From: Myxococcota bacterium
GTDB lineage: Bacteria; Myxococcota; UBA4151
Reading direction: 5' to 3'
Length of the DNA: 36,722 nucleotides
Assembly: GCA_040260805.1 (NCBI GenBank)
Contig: JBDQPD010000026.1
Location: 1-36,722, forward strand
Shown: positions 35,506-36,722 of the stretch, one piece after another
Layout of the letters: every line of letters starts with the position of its first letter
Numbering within the stretch: the stretch's first letter is position 1
Notes under the pieces: generated by a model
Databases searched by the model: none
What the model was told of the DNA's origin: nothing
What the model saw: the letters and a program-made list of their open reading frames with translations, nothing else
Made by a program: the position numbers and the translations under genes

Positions 35506-36720
35506 TCAGGCCTCGGGCGTCACGATCACCGGAGCGCTCATGGAATTGTCGAGATCCGTGGGAGGCAAGGTCTCATCCACGCTGTTCACGCGCTGGGTAA
35601 GCCAGCGGATCATGCGCAATTGTTCCTCTTCGGTTCCGTCATCGAGCAGCTTCTTCCCTCGCTCGATCAAGCGCTTGAGTCGGTCTTGATCTTGTTGGGG
35701 CGTTCGACTCATTTGACGATCCAGCAAACCGAGCAGGCGATTGAGATGGTTCTTGGCGTGGGCATGTTCGCCATCGATCATCCGCACCATACGCTGGCTT
35801 CGATGTTGTGCAGAGAACCGTTCGACCTCTTCAGGGTCGAGGCCGGAGGGGGCGTGCATCGCACATTTGATAGTCTCTCGAGCGTCCCCGCTGCGTGCAT
35901 TTAAGTGCACCACACCGCTCGCATCGAGGCTGAATTCAAGATTGATTCGCACCGAACCGCGTGGCGCTTTTCGCAGCTTAGCGAGCTCGAGCTTACCCAA
36001 CATTTCATTGCGAGATGCCTTGTCCGAGCGGCCCTGGCGAACCACCAAACTGATCTCGGTTTGATTGTCACGGCTGGTTGTTAGCTTGCGCGTCGAAGCC
36101 GTCGGAATTCTGGCATTGCGGGGGACAATGACCTCAAAGCGGTCGTGCGGGAGCTCGATCCCCAGATCATGAGGCGTCACGTCCATCAGCAAAATACGGT
36201 CGGTCAAACCGTTGAGCGCTGCCGCTTGAATCGCCGCACCCATCGCTACCGATCGGTCCGGGTCAATGTCCGTTGATGGCGCCGTACCGCAAACGACCTC
36301 GAGGCGCTTACGCACCATCGGTGTGCGCGTCACACCCCCGACGAGCAACACCTCGTCGAGATCACCAAACTCAAGTTCTACTGAGTGCAGCGTGTCTTCG
36401 GTGATCTTCATGCACCGACCCACAAGGTCTTCGACCTCATGCTCAAACTGACCCCGGGTAATCTCCATGTCGACGTGGATCGGTGTCCCATCTTCAAGCG
36501 CCGACAAGAACGGTAAGCGCAGCTTCGTACGACGCTCATCGCTGAGCTCATGGCGGGCTTGCTTCACGGCTTCTTTGAGTCGCTGCATGGCCGTTGGGTC
36601 CGATGCCAGATCGACTTCATGCTCACGGCGAATCTCCCGCAGGACCATCGCCGCCATCCGCTCATCAAAGTCCTCACCACCTAATCGAGTGTCGCCGCCG
36701 CTGCCGAGGACACGGTAGAC
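35506..36720 (-). CDS. Hsp70/DnaK-family protein, divergent paralogue, 5'-truncated by the window
   Basis: The frame is open to the window end (VYRVLGSGGDTRLGGEDFDER). Motifs VLLVGG.TR.P, PD..VA.GAAIQA, DVTP..LGI, TTSRDNQ. Short non-canonical C-terminus. Confidence 0.9.
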   Translation of the reverse strand, partial: VYRVLGSGGDTRLGGEDFDERMAAMVLREIRREHEVDLASDPTAMQRLKEAVKQARHELSDERRTKLRLPFLSALEDGTPIHVDMEITRGQFEHEVEDLVGRCMKITEDTLHSVELEFGDLDEVLLVGGVTRTPMVRKRLEVVCGTAPSTDIDPDRSVAMGAAIQAAALNGLTDRILLMDVTPHDLGIELPHDRFEVIVPRNARIPTASTRKLTTSRDNQTEISLVVRQGRSDKASRNEMLGKLELAKLRKAPRGSVRINLEFSLDASGVVHLNARSGDARETIKCAMHAPSGLDPEEVERFSAQHRSQRMVRMIDGEHAHAKNHLNRLLGLLDRQMSRTPQQDQDRLKRLIERGKKLLDDGTEEEQLRMIRWLTQRVNSVDETLPPTDLDNSMSAPVIVTPEA

Positions 36721-36722
36721 TC

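Overview
GC-rich, densely coded chromosomal segment, most likely from a Myxococcota/deltaproteobacterial-type organism (inferred from DUF4215-type Cys repeats, a MYXO-CTERM-like motif, and GYF/AgmX-type, DUF4388 and FHA proteins). It holds 17 credible CDSs, two cut by the window edges. Housekeeping genes are fhs, prfC, purC, icmF and argG, plus a divergent Hsp70. There is a possible C1 cluster (DUF3445 heme N-demethylase-like gene, YdeP/FdhF-family molybdoenzyme, fhs, with a GT39 gene in between), a zinc-ribbon/FHA, DUF4388-TPR and GYF signalling cluster, and four large predicted surface proteins. The most striking item is a ~2870-aa ORF with an internal MYXO-CTERM-like sorting signal whose RRRR tail runs straight into a complete lipoprotein signal peptide (LVAGLVILSVLQA-C). 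This suggests a polyprotein processed into two separately anchored surface proteins. I saw no rRNA, tRNA, CRISPR array or mobile element. Family assignments come from motif recognition by eye, not database searches.
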